Below, piece after piece: positions 10,601 through 21,300 of a DNA stretch of 64,000 nucleotides (its first letter is position 1; each line of letters begins with the position of its first letter). This DNA is from Rebecca billardiae RCC1528 (taxonomy: Eukaryota; Protista; Haptophyta), in assembly GCA_965240325.2 (NCBI GenBank), contig OZ251230.1, positions 1-64,000 of the forward strand, given 5' to 3'. Position numbers and translations under genes: made by a program. A model generated the notes under the pieces. That model saw nothing but the letters and a program-made list of their open reading frames with translations, did not search any database and was not told where the DNA came from.

Positions 10601-11953
10601 CGGCTGCGCACGTACAAGCGCGCGCGCGCGCTGTGCCACGCGGACCCGGGCGTGACGTGCCCTGCGTGCAAGGTCACGCCTGCCGACCAGGGCGAGTGCG
10701 ACGCCGAGATGACCAAGCGCCGCCGCCTTCTCGCCGACGACTCGAAGGACGCCGAGCGCATCGTCGACCAGAAGCTGCACGAGAACCAGTGGCTGCTACC
10801 GCAGCTGGAGCTCGAGCACGTCAACTACTTCCCCGGCATCATGCACTTCAAGCACGACACTTTCAAGCCGGTGCTGTCGGCGCTGTGGAGGGAGGTGGAC
10901 GAGCTGTACGGCCGCGACGCGCCGCTCACCAAGTACGACCTGATCGTCCTGTTCAAGAACGCGGGCGTGCCTGTGCGAGTGCCCAAGCGGCGCACGCGCA
11001 CCAACGAGATCGGCGTGCCCGACCTCCGCGGCGACGGCATCTCGCTGCTGCGCACGCACGCGGTCTTCTGGGCGTTGGTGCAGGTCGTGTGGAAGATCGA
11101 CGCGGATCTCGACGGCGCGAGCAGCGCGGGCGCGGCGGACAGCGGCGACGAGGACGCGCGCATCTCGGACATGCAGGACGAGGAGGAGCGCGAGATGATG
11201 GACGAGATCGGCTTTGACGACGAGGCGCAGTTGAAGGCCGAGATCGCGGACATGCCGCGCATGGCACTCTTCTGCCGCCTGCTCATGCTCACGTGGCAGC
11301 TGCACGACCTCGTCTCCTCGCGCGGCTACACGGACGATGACGATGGCCGCGCGAAGCGTGCGGACGAGGTTGAGGCAGCCGCGACGGCGTGGGTCGAGGC
11401 GCTCGACCTGTTCGTCCTCAAGCCGGTCACCTCGCAGTACAAGACGATCGCGCGGTTCGTCTTGCCTCTGCTGATCAGGCGGTGGGGCCACCTCGTGCAG
11501 CTCGCGGACGAGCAGGTGCAGGAGCACTTCGTGCAGGTGACCAAGCGGGCGATGCCGCTCGTGAACGCGCGCAAGTCGCTCGACTCGTTCGTCCGCGAGT
11601 ATGCCGAGGGGAAGAAGTCGACGGTGCAGCCGCACATCTCGACGGCCGCGCAGCTCCTGCGCCGCGTGTCGCTTGCGACGTGGGCGGAGGAGGAGTTCGG
11701 CGACAAGGTGCGGCGGCTCTGGCTGAAGAAGGAGGGCAAGCGGCAGCGCGAATGGCAGCGCAAGGCGAAGGCCGGCGCGCACGACCTGGTCGACGAGTAC
11801 ATCGCGGCGCGCAAGCTCGTGCGCGAGGAGGCTGGGCTTCCGGAGGAGGACTTGTCGGCACTCAAGAGCAAATTGAGGGCGGCGGCGCGCTCGGCCTCGG
11901 CGACGGTGAGCGACGGCGCGGATGTCGCGCGCGACGGCAGCGGGGCTGGGTAG
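7637..11953 (+). CDS. Putative DDE transposase (~1438 aa)
   Basis: Candidate triad LLLSA-D-AG (9662), YTG-D-YVNLASLAG (10487), DEQVQ-E-HF (11522). Also CPAC (~10658), PGIMH (~10835), and an N-terminal Pro-rich then coiled-coil region; lies inside the TIRs. Confidence 0.72.
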   Translation: MPYAVADTQPLPPLGPPPLPSLPPPPQLPSAPPHLPPPLVQPPQPRPRPRPRPQPQPLSSPHDAARPPTARALALLRADGGEAAASAAAAAADLSPAVVAARFSSLPAHADHLVFSPATTNASSALSFPAAAAPSPAVTRSASRQPAPPLLLAGAAAQPFVGGSAEELLPPRSPAVASPAFMSPPPAVLLSAAPTRQRPLTRSAGSVAPTPEAEADEQTARGRRRMAELQHVAELEQQLRRSHSTRSVPSELELTSLRTRVTELEHFNGELERERDDAVRQREDIVNSAAVDLEPVLDVVIAAVKLECENIEREALDRIAAARAAAAAAERRAVLAGYRAGHSADARTRHDAEAEQAQAKLRRDLEEANARAAAAQRAADAQRDRALELERRLTATEHIAADALSGVEHELAAALHAQQLLEQQCAHAQSLCDEQQSQLVELKRDKDAARKRADRAAGKFEHLAELNGLDGAHRQRAQRPSLSVSSNACRKRRRGEADHIEHILRGTPDDVMDLVLHEMLEGADDGSRKPWARHAYLQQRRGAVGVVREIQSHQTHHDVAGYLVSKNVTDAQFDTWREWVGKEIHPVTGEHSARTVFRGGFGREPIRHPIPPPAAGSREVAQRDREHAGAGVLMIGSESAARPWAQAVHAVLDRSERNGKSARPRGQPHVLLLSADAGNTAHSRTATIAIVRNGWGVNYGALASSEAIAISERPDSDMSELWSAHADAINDVIRSGLLPPRPTPPAAATARVAGAAGGAAAAVTAGAAGGAGRGEARGAAGGAAGGTAGGTAGGTGGAGGAGGSGSGVAGGTAGAGVRAAGGAAGGAAGNAGAGAGGGAGGAGGAGGSGSGSGVAGGTAGAGVRAAGGAAGGAASSAAGNPSAGTAGGAAAAAAAAAAAAAAGGAAGAAGAAGAAGAAGAAGGAAGGGFGGGGEAADYAEEQKAIITYTGDYVNLASLAGQGSHNVSPLRFNVWAVKEAGADGGSPQWRLRTYKRARALCHADPGVTCPACKVTPADQGECDAEMTKRRRLLADDSKDAERIVDQKLHENQWLLPQLELEHVNYFPGIMHFKHDTFKPVLSALWREVDELYGRDAPLTKYDLIVLFKNAGVPVRVPKRRTRTNEIGVPDLRGDGISLLRTHAVFWALVQVVWKIDADLDGASSAGAADSGDEDARISDMQDEEEREMMDEIGFDDEAQLKAEIADMPRMALFCRLLMLTWQLHDLVSSRGYTDDDDGRAKRADEVEAAATAWVEALDLFVLKPVTSQYKTIARFVLPLLIRRWGHLVQLADEQVQEHFVQVTKRAMPLVNARKSLDSFVREYAEGKKSTVQPHISTAAQLLRRVSLATWAEEEFGDKVRRLWLKKEGKRQREWQRKAKAGAHDLVDEYIAARKLVREEAGLPEEDLSALKSKLRAAARSASATVSDGADVARDGSGAG
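9890..10440 (+). repeat. Gly/Ala low-complexity tract with an internal ~100-bp direct duplication, inside the transposase ORF
   Basis: GCGGCCGGC-type repeats; block GGAGGAGGSGSGVAGGTAGAGVRAAGGAAGGAA occurs twice (~10020-10120 and ~10150-10255). Confidence 0.85.
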
Positions 11954-12426
11954 CGGGAATCAGGCAGCTGACGGTTAGGGCATGCAGGGGGGACTAGTCG
12001 CGCGCGCGCGCCGCCCGCTGGGCGCGCGCGCGCAGCGCATAGTAATTTTCCGTAAAATAATCCGGCCGATGGACACGCTAACGGCCGCTTTAAAAAAGAA
12101 GTCGTTGCTGTGACTGATGTCGTGACAATACATCTAGACGCGATGACGACAGCAGCTAGCTCGTCGAGGCTCGAGCGGCAACAGGTAGCGCATCGCGATC
12201 GTGGCACCCGGCTGTCAATCCCCGTGGCGCCGGCGGTGCTCCGTCGTGCGCACTGGCTCGGCGCTGCGGCGGCGGCACGCGCGGCCGGCTGCCGCGCGGT
12301 CCGGTCCGGCGGGTGGGCTGGTGGCGGCGCGCGGCACGCCCACGTACGCGCGCGCCCGCCGCCAGCCTCCCTCGCTCGTCAGGGCTGAGTCGCCCCTAGC
12401 TAGCGCGCTCCCCTCGCCGGGGCGGC

Positions 12427-13484
12427 TCATTGGAACTGCAGGTCCATGCTCGGCAGCTGGTACGAGTTGGCGTGCGGCGGCGGCGAGGCGGAGGAGGTGA
12501 GCGAGAGGATCGCCTGCGCCGACTCGATGTCGTCCCAGCTGCGCGCGGTGCTGCCCGCGGCGGCGCAGCCGCACGCGCCGTGGGCGGCGGACGCGACGGC
12601 GCCGCCGATCGCCGCGGAGAGCGAGCGCGGCCCGTCGTCGTCCGACTCCATCGGCAGCGAGCCGACGTGCGGGTCCGCGCCGAGCGGCACGGGCTGCCGG
12701 ATGGCGATCGGCGCGGTGTGGCCCGCGTGCGGCGGCGTGCGCGCGCCGGTGCGCAGCGGCCCGCCGGCGGTGAGCCCGCCGGAGGTGGAGTGCGCGGGCA
12801 GCGCCGCCTCCGGCACGTGCGCGACGGGCAGCGAGCGCGAGAGCCGGCCGAGCGCGCCGCCGAGCGCGGCCGCGCCGCCCGCGTGGGGCTGCGCGGGCAG
12901 CGCGTCCTCGATGCGGCAGTTTTCAAACGCCGCGGCGAGGTCGACGGAGACGGGGCTCGCGGCCTTGAGCCACGCGCCCAGCGTCTCCGCCTGCGCGGGG
13001 CTCAGCGCCGCCTTGATGGACGCGAGCACGCGCGCGGTCGCCGCCTCCTCGCCCGCGCACAGCTGCGCCTCGAGCTCCCGCACGCGCGCGTTCAGGCCCA
13101 TCATCTGCTCGTGCATCTCGTTCACAAACTGCTTGTGCCGCAGGCGCGCCGCGCGGGCCGACTCCGCCTTGCGCGCCAGCCTGCGCGCGGCGCGGCGCGT
13201 GCGCGCGACGCGCGCGGACGCGTCGGCGCGCGCAGGCGCGCGCGCGCGCGGGGTGGGGGTGGGAGGGGGCGCGCGCACCTCTGGTGGCGCGCCGATTCGT
13301 TGTCGCCCTTCCCGATCGAGCTCGCCGCGCCGCCCTGCGAGCCCGACGTGTTGTGCGGGATCGGGATGGGGCACGAGCGCGCCATCACGTCGTCCGAGTT
13401 CTCCGAGGGCGAGCCGCGCGGCTCGGGCGCGTAGCCGCCGTGCCCGTTGGCGCCGCCGGGGATGGCGACGGGGTTGGACGCCAT
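12427..13484 (-). CDS. bZIP transcription factor (intron 13181-13278)
   Basis: Spliced basic region RHQR/LARKAESARAARLRHK followed by zipper FVNEMHEQMMGLNARVRELEAQL. Confidence 0.85.
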
Positions 13485-14015
13485 GGCCGTCGGTCGCGCC
13501 CCCGGCCCGCGCGCGCGCCGCGTCGCGCGCTCCTGCGGCCGGACGCGGCGTGCAACAGCTGCGCCGCGGCTGCCACGCGGCTGCTAATGGGCGCCACCCT
13601 CCAGGCGGCCTCCGCTGGGCTGGGCAGTGGCAGCGGTGGACACGGGGCCCAGAGCGCAACATTGCTGATGCAGTGCTTGGTGAGTTGAGTCGCAGGGTGG
13701 CACCTGACTTGAGTGTTTTAACTGTAGTAGCGCTTGGACGGTGCCGCTTGGCAGTGTGTGCATCGTCGGCGCGAGTGCTCGGTCTCATCAAAAGCGCGCC
13801 AAATTCTTCATCAGCACACCGAACAAGTACCCAACCAGGCTGCGGACGGGCACTCGCTCGGGCGGGCCGTTGGGCTGGACACCTGGGAGTGCTGGACGCT
13901 GACGGAGCGGGAATCCATGAAATCGAATAACGGGATTCCGCCGTATAATCAGCTGATGGCGCACGATGGCCGCCCGCGCGGCGCCACCGGCGTAGTCGGC
14001 CAAAAGGCGCACGCC

Positions 14016-15850
14016 TCAGCGCGCGTACCGGCGCTGCGCGACGCCGTTCGAGCCGCCGCTCTCCGATGCCCAGCTCAGGCTCCGGCCCGCCGCCGCCGCC
14101 GCGCGCGCGCCCGCGCCGCCGCCCGCCGCGGCGCCGTGCGGCGCGGCGGCGGTCGCGTGCGCGTTCGCGCTGCTCGCGGGCGAGCGCGCGCTCGCGCCCG
14201 GCGCGGTCGAGAGCCCGCCGAGCGAGAGGTGGACCGAGCGCACGCCCGACCCGCCCGACGGCGCGTGCGCCGCGCCCGAGCTCGCGCTCGCCGGCCGGCG
14301 ACGGCCGGATGCGGCGGGGCGCGGCGCGGCGTCCGCGTGCGGCGGCGAGGTCGACGCAAACGGCGCGGGCCGTGGGTGCGCGTCGAGCGCGCTGGGCAGC
14401 CGCGGCTGCGTCGGCGTGGAGTGCAGCGAAGATGTCGGCATGCGCCGCGCGCTCGCGCGCGCGGAGCCGCCGCCCGTCGCGCCCGCCGCGCCCGCCGCGC
14501 CGAGCGCCTGGCGCGCGAGCTCGCGCACAGCCGCCTCCTGCGCGCACACCGCACACACACCCGCACACGCGCGCACCGCGTGAGCGGGGCGGTCCCGGGC
14601 ATGCCCGCGCACGCGCAACCACGCACACACGCGCACGCGCGCGCACGCGCACGCACGCGCACGCGCCTGCTCCTCGAGGTCCGAGAGCAGCTGCGACGTG
14701 TGCGCGCAGTCGAGCCTGCGCTGCGCCACCAGCCGCCCCGCCGCGGCCGCCGCCGTCTTGCCGTCCACGCCGCGGCGCAGCAGCGTGGACTCCTGCTGCA
14801 GCTGCAGCCCCGACTCGTACAGCGCGTACACCACCAGCTTGAGCTCGCGCGCCTGCGGGCACCAGCGCGCGGGGGGCGGGGGAGGCTGAGCGAGCGCGCG
14901 GCCGCGCGCGCGCGCGCACCGCGCGCCGCGCGCGCCGCGCGCACCGCCTGCCGCTCGCGGTCGGCGAGCGCGAGAGTGCCCACGTCGGCCCACGCGCGCA
15001 TGCAGCGCGCGAGCAGCCGCCGCGCGTGCACGCGCGCGCCGAGCGCCGCCGCGGCGGCGCGCGCCGTGCCCTCTCGGATCAGCACCGCGCGCACGCCGCC
15101 GCGCGCGCGCGCGCGCGCCGAGCCGCCGCCGCCACTATCGGCGTCGGCGTCGTCGTCGTCGTCGTCGAGCTCGAAGCGCAGCTCGGCGCCGCGCGCGCGC
15201 TCCGCGTCCGCCGCCACGCGCGCGCGCTCCGCCACCGCCGCCGCCTCCGCCGCCTGCGCCGCGCTCGCCCGCGCCGCGCGCACCGCCTCGGCCGCCGCCT
15301 CGGCCGCCGCCTCGCCGTCGGCCGCGCAGCGCGCGCGCACGTGCCAGCGCACGACGGCGCGGCCGAGCCGGCCGTGCGCCGCGACGTGGCACGCGCGCTC
15401 GAGCGCGCCCAGCCGATCGCCCAGCAGCCGCTCCCCCGCCGCGCGCAGCTCGGCCGCCTCGTCGCCCAGCGCGCGCGCCGCCAGCCGCCACGCGTGCACC
15501 GCGCCGGGCGGCGGCGGCAGGGCGCGCGCGAGGAGGCGGCGGAGCGCGGCGGCGCGCGAGGACTCGAGCAGCGCGATCGAGCGCGCCACGCCGCGCCACG
15601 CGTGCAGCGCCGGCGCGAGCGCCGCGCGCGCGCGCGCGTCGAGCGCGGCGCACAGCCGCGCGCCGCGCGCGCGCGCGGCCGCCTCGTGCTGCGCGAGCGC
15701 GAGCGCGTGGAGCTCGGCGACGCGCTGCGAGAGGAGGCCGTTGCCCGCGCGCAGCTGGTCCAGCGCGTGCGCCAGCAGCTCGGGCCGCTCCGCCGCCAGC
15801 TCGGCGCCGCTCGCGAGCAGCTCGTCGAGGGCGGCGCCGCCGACCGACAT
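14016..15850 (-). CDS. Coiled-coil protein with Sfi1-like Trp repeats (probable introns 14853-14944 and 14538-14666)
   Basis: Starts MSVGGAALDELL...; repeats ALHAWRGVAR, AVHAWRLAAR, AVVRWHVRAR, RCMRAWADV. Intron-like GC tracts carry GT/GC-AG ends. Confidence 0.55.
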
Positions 15851-15937
15851 GCTGAATTTGACCGCACGCCCCTCCCTCGCTTCGTCGGAAAGGCGCGCCG
15901 CCGTTTCAGCTGTCCGCACTCCTCAAGTACGCAAGCC

Positions 15938-17716
15938 ATGCCGCCCGCGGGCGGCGCGGGTGACGAGGGCCCGCTGCCCGCGCTGCACGAGCAGCTGCGG
16001 AGCAAGCACGTGCGCACGCTCGAGCTGCTGCAGGCGACGCTCGACGAGAACGCCGCGCTCAAGAAGCAGGCCGCCGCCGCCGGCGGCGGCGGCGGCGCGC
16101 ACGCGCGCGGCGCGGCGGACGCGCTCGCGGACGACGAGCTGCCGCCGTGCCACGCGTACCACGACAAGGAGCGCAAGCGGATCGAGGTGCTCGAGGCCGA
16201 GCTCGCCCTCGCGCGCGAGGCGCCGGACAAGCTGCAGGCGCTCGTCGACGCCGCGCGCGCCGACGCCGCGCGGTACAAGGCGCGCGGCGCCGAGCACGCG
16301 GCCGCGGCCGAGCAGCAGCGCGCGCGCGCGGCCGAGCGGCACGCGGCGGACCTGGCGGCGGCGCGCGAGGCGCGCGAGGCGGCGGAGGCGCGCGCGCGCG
16401 AGGCCGAGGCCGCCGCCGCCGCCGCGCGCGCCGACGCCGCCGACGCCGCCGCGCGCGCCGACGCGGCCGCCGCGCTGGGCGCGCGCGACGTGGCGGACGC
16501 GGCCGCGGCCGCCGCGCGCGAGACGCAGCGCGAGCTGCGCGACGCGCGGCGCGAGGCGGAGGTGGAGCGCACGCGCGCGGACGCGGCGGAGGCGGCGCTC
16601 GCCGAGGAGCGCGCGCGCGCCGCGCGCGCCGCCGGCGACGACGCGCAGCGCGCCGAGGCGGCGGACGCGGCCGCGCGCGCCGAGGCGGCCGCGGCGATCG
16701 GCGCCGCCGCGGACGCGCGCGCCGCCGCCGCGCGCGACCGCGGCCGCGCCGAGGCGGCGGAGGCGGCGCTCGGCGAGGCGCGGCGCGCGGCGGCGCGCGG
16801 CGCCGACGAGCTCGACGCCGCGCTGCGCGCCGAGCTCGACGCCGCGCGCGCCGAGCTCGGCGCGGCGCAGCAGCAGGCGGCGCGCGCGGAGGGTGCCGCG
16901 GCCGCGGAGCGGCAGCGGTGCGCGGCGCAGGCGGCCGCGCGCGCGCGCGCGGAGGCGGGCGCGGCCGAGGCGGGCGCGCGCGCGGAGGCGGCGGAGGCGC
17001 GCGCGCGCGACGCGGCGAGCGCCGCCTCCGCCTCCGAGGCCGCCTCGCTCCGCGCCGCGCTCGAGCAGCGCTGGGGCGAGCTCGAGGCGGTGCGCGCCCA
17101 GCTGCGCGCCACACACGCAGACGCGGCGCGCGCGGCACAGGCGGCGCACGCCGACGCCGCGGCCGAGCGCGCGGCCGCGGCCGAGCAGATCGCCGCGCTG
17201 CGCGCGCGCGCGCTGGCGGCGGAGGACGGGCTCAACCAGCTCTCCGCGCTGCGGCCCGACCGCTTCGACTCGTTCGTCGCGCTGCGCCGCGAGAACGCGC
17301 AGCTGCGCGCCGCGCTGGGCGCGCTGCAGCAGCGCTCCTCCGCGCAGCCGCAGCCGCAGCAGCACGGCGCGGACGCGGAGGGCGGCGCGGCGGTGGGCGC
17401 GGCCCACCGCGTGGTGAGCGGGCTGCGCGAAGGCAGCGCCGCCACGATGGTCGCGGCCGCGGGCGCCGCCGCGGTGACGACGATCGGCGCGCAGCCCGGC
17501 GGCGGCGCTGGGCGGCGGCCCTCGGGTGGCGGCGGGCTGCAGCGCGGCGGCAGCTGGGGCGGCGGCCTCGCGGCGCGCGGCGGCGGCGCGGGCGGCGCGC
17601 TCGCCCCCGGCCGGCGCATGTCGGCGAGCACCGTGCAGGCCGGCGTGCCGCCGCTCGCGGGGCTGGGCGCGGGGCTCGGCGGCGGCAGCTTCCGCGGCGG
17701 TCGCATCATCGGCTAG
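15938..17716 (+). CDS. Long Ala/Glu/Arg coiled-coil protein
   Basis: Starts MPPAGGAGDEGPLPALHEQLRSKHVRTLELLQATLDENAALKKQ; extended heptads; single exon. Confidence 0.7.
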   Translation: MPPAGGAGDEGPLPALHEQLRSKHVRTLELLQATLDENAALKKQAAAAGGGGGAHARGAADALADDELPPCHAYHDKERKRIEVLEAELALAREAPDKLQALVDAARADAARYKARGAEHAAAAEQQRARAAERHAADLAAAREAREAAEARAREAEAAAAAARADAADAAARADAAAALGARDVADAAAAAARETQRELRDARREAEVERTRADAAEAALAEERARAARAAGDDAQRAEAADAAARAEAAAAIGAAADARAAAARDRGRAEAAEAALGEARRAAARGADELDAALRAELDAARAELGAAQQQAARAEGAAAAERQRCAAQAAARARAEAGAAEAGARAEAAEARARDAASAASASEAASLRAALEQRWGELEAVRAQLRATHADAARAAQAAHADAAAERAAAAEQIAALRARALAAEDGLNQLSALRPDRFDSFVALRRENAQLRAALGALQQRSSAQPQPQQHGADAEGGAAVGAAHRVVSGLREGSAATMVAAAGAAAVTTIGAQPGGGAGRRPSGGGGLQRGGSWGGGLAARGGGAGGALAPGRRMSASTVQAGVPPLAGLGAGLGGGSFRGGRIIG

Positions 17717-18367
17717 CAGCGCGCCGCAGCGCCGTCGGACTGACGGACTCGTCGGAGCCGCCCGACTCGCGACACTCGTCACCCGACTCACCGACGGTAT
17801 AGTATGCGCGCGCCTGAGTTTATGTCGTTGATGACGCGACGCTAGTCGTCGATCACTTTATATTGATGATCGGTCGTGAAGCACGGACTCATCAGAGCGG
17901 TAGTCTGCCGGCCCGCTGACGCGTCGTCGAGTCGTCGCATCCGGTCCGCGCGCGCATCATCTCGGCCGGATGACAGCAGCAGCAGCAATAATAAGTATGC
18001 GCGCGGCAGCAAGCAGGCGCGCGGCCATCTGCTCGAAGTCGATGCGCCATCCCGGCGGGCCCGGGGGCTGCGCGCCGGGCCCGTGTACTCACGCGGCTTA
18101 GCTGAGCGCGTTATTATTTCTCATTGACATTGATGGGCTGCTGACGACGATATGTACCGCGCGCGACGATGCTGTTTAATACCGTGTCAGTCGGATATGC
18201 TGTAGTATATATATATATATATCGGCGTCAGATGACGCTGACCCTCGTCATCGCGCGCCGCAGATGATGACGATGCGCGGCGGACGACGTCGGAGCAGGC
18301 CCTGAGGCCCGAGCAGACAGACAGCAGGCACGAGCTGCTGTGCGTACGACTTGTAGACCTTGCGGCG

Positions 18368-21300
18368 TCAGCCTCCGTCGCCCGAGGCTGCCGGCGGTGA
18401 TGACGGCGGCGGCGATGGATGTCGCGCTCGCGGCGCGCGCGCCTGAGCGACCAGCAGGCTGCCTTGCAGCTCGGATGCTGCCGGCAGGACGTGCGCCAGC
18501 CTGGGTGCGCCGGCGCGCGCAAGGATGGCCTCCGCGCCGCTGCTGGCGGTGCTGCCGGCCGCGCTGGGCGTCAGTGGCGTGACGATGGTCCTCGCCGTCG
18601 ACGGCGACGATGCAGCTGCCGGCGCTACTGGCGGCCGCTGCCGCGAGGGGCTCAGGTCGCCGGGCGGTGCGACCGACGACAGCGCGTCGGCGGCGGAGTG
18701 CGCCGCGCTCGCGTGCTGGAGGCGATGCCCGTCGGCGCTAACGGCCGCGTCCTCGGCCGCCTTGCTGTAGCGGCGCGCGCGCGACGGGGGCGACGGGGTG
18801 CGGGACGGCGAGCGCTCCGCAGCGGGTGTGCTGCGCGCGGCCGATGCCGGCGGCGACGGGGACGCCGCCTTGCGGTCGCGCACCCAGCCGCCGACGAGAG
18901 CGCGCGGCGGCGAGCGCCCCACGGCCGCCCGCGGCGAGCCCGCGTCGAGGGAGCCCGGGTCGTGCTGCATCTCGCCAGCGCGCGCGTCGGGACCGTCGGC
19001 ACAGCCAGTTTGGCCGCGCGCGGGCTCGGCGGCGCTCGTCGCAGGCATCGGCTCCGAGCGCGAGGACTCCGTGCAGGCGCCCACGCCCTCGCCGCTGCCC
19101 TCGGCGCACGCGTTCGGCGCCGACATCGCGCGCGGCAGCGCCTCCGCGCCCGGCGCGCGGAGCCGCTGCGGGAAGGCGGGCGTGCCGGGGTTGGAGCGCC
19201 GGCCGAAGCGGCGAGCCGAGGCGAGGGAGGGCGTGTTGAGGCGCGACCCAGAGGAGGAGGGCGTGTTGGGGCTTGATCCGTGCTGCGAGCCCGGGTGCGT
19301 GCGCCGCCTCGTCGAGCGCGCCGGCCCGACGCCGCGCCAGCTGGCGAGCGAGAGCGCGCGCAGCAGCGCCTTGCGCACCTCCGCGTTGAACGCGTCGAGC
19401 GCGGCGCCGTCGGCGCTCGTCGAGGAGCGGGCCGCGCCGAAGCTCCCCGCTTGGCTCAGCGCGTCCGCGATCGCGCTGGACACGGCGGCGGCGAAGCGGT
19501 TCCGGCCCATCTGTGAGCTCGGCCGCCCGCTCTGCGGCGCGAACGTCGCGACGATCAGCTCGTGGATGCGCTGCCGGTCGTCCGCGACGCTCGCGGCGGC
19601 CGTGCGGCAGTCGAAGGACGAGAGCGTCTCGAGCACGCGCGACGCGTCGGTGTCGAGCGCGGCGAGGAAGTCGCCCAGCTCGGACGGCGGCAGCGCGAGC
19701 TGCAGCTCGACGTGCGGGTGCAGCCGACACTGCACCACCTCGTACAGGCACCACATCCGGCCGAGCGAGACGGCCGAGTGCCACGGGTCGAGCACGAGCA
19801 CCATGCTGCCGATCCGCTCGATCACACTGCCAATGTGCCGGATGCCCGCCTGCACGTCGTGCTGCCGGATGGTCGCGAGGTCGAGCCAGAGGTACAGCTG
19901 GGATTCGTCGAGGCTGCAGAACGCGGCGTGCAGCCGCACCGCGCCGAGCAGCTTGCGGAACGAGCACGCCTGCGCGTGGCTGACGAAGAGGTTGGCCTCG
20001 CCCACCGCGGCGGTGCCGTCCGGCAGCCGCACGTGCGCGTGCGCCTCGGCGAGCGACTGGCCGCTCTCGCGCGTGAGCGCGGCGACCATGCGGCCGACAT
20101 CGGCGGAGGTCGTGTCGAGCTCGACGCCGTGCTCGTCGCACCACGCCTCGAGGTGGCGCAGCTGCACGCCCAGGACCAAGTGCCCGTCGTCGTCGCGCGG
20201 CGACAGCTCGTCCGCCGCCGCGCCGAGCGCCGCGCTGGCTTCGCGCACGCGCCGCGACGCGCCCCGGGGGAAGCGCCCCCGCCCCGAAGGCTGCCGGCTC
20301 AACGAGCGCGGGGCGCGGGCGGGCTCGGGGCGCCCCTTGCCGCCGGCCGGGCGGGCGCCCGGCCCGACGCGCGCCGAGCGCGCCCCCGCGCCGCGCCCGC
20401 CGGCGCGCGCGGCCGCGCCGAGCAGCCGCTGCAGCCGCGGCGCGCAGAGCGAGCCGAGCGCGCGCGCCGCCTTGGCCAGCGGGTGGGCGAGGCTGGTGGT
20501 CGAGCCGACGATGGCGCTGATCTCGACGTGCGAGGTGGCGTTGGAGAGGCCCGTGTACGCGGTGAAGACGCCGGCGCACGCCCACGGCCGCACGTACGCG
20601 ATCGGGAACGCGGCGCCCACGCCGGCCGCGAGGCACGAGAGCAGCAGCGAGGTGCGCACGCGCCACAGCAGCGCGCGCACGAGCAGCGCGGGCGCGTCCG
20701 CGAGCGAGCGCCGGATCATGCAGTCGGCGTGGAGCGCGAGGGCCGCCACGACGAGCGGGAGGAGCGCGCCCGCGCACATCACGACGAGCAGGGAGTTCGC
20801 GCCGAGCATCCGCGCGCCCAGCGCGCGCGAGACCTCGGCCGCGGCGAGCAGCCCGCCCAGCGCGAGCACGAGCGCGCACAGCGCGCGCTGGTACGCGGGG
20901 CGCGTCACGCGCAGCGAGGCGAGGCCGGCGTTGGCGGCGGCCTGCGCGACGAAGACGAGCAGCAGCGTGGTCGCGCACGTGCTCAGCACCTCCGGCACGA
21001 GCTGCAGCCGCAGCGCCGTCTCGTAGTCGTACCAGCGCAGCCGGAGGAACGGGTTGAGCTGCGCGGCGGCGCGCCCGCCGTTCGCCGCGGCCTCGAGCGC
21101 GAGCGCCGCCTGCGACACGTCGATGCGGGGCCCGCCCACGTCGCGCACGACGCGGCCGAGGGCAAGGGTGGCGTAGAGCGCGTTGAGCCCGCTCTGCATG
21201 CCGACGACGGCGGCGAGGCCCGTGGCCAGCGGGTGCTCCCACATCGCGTCCCACGGCGTGTGCGACGGGCGCACGCGCACGCGCACCGAGCCGCCGCCGT

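Larger units (their letters stand above)
5858..12112 (+). mobile_element. DNA transposon, 6255 bp, CACAG termini, CMC (EnSpm/Mirage/Chapaev)/Transib-related
   Basis: 34-bp TIRs at 5858-5891 and 12079-12112 (CACAGCAACGA[T/C]TTCTTTTTTAAAGCGGCCGTTA, 1 mismatch). AC flanks both ends (candidate 2-bp TSD). Subterminal CGGCCGTTAA copy at 5916-5925. Encloses two ORFs. Confidence 0.88.
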
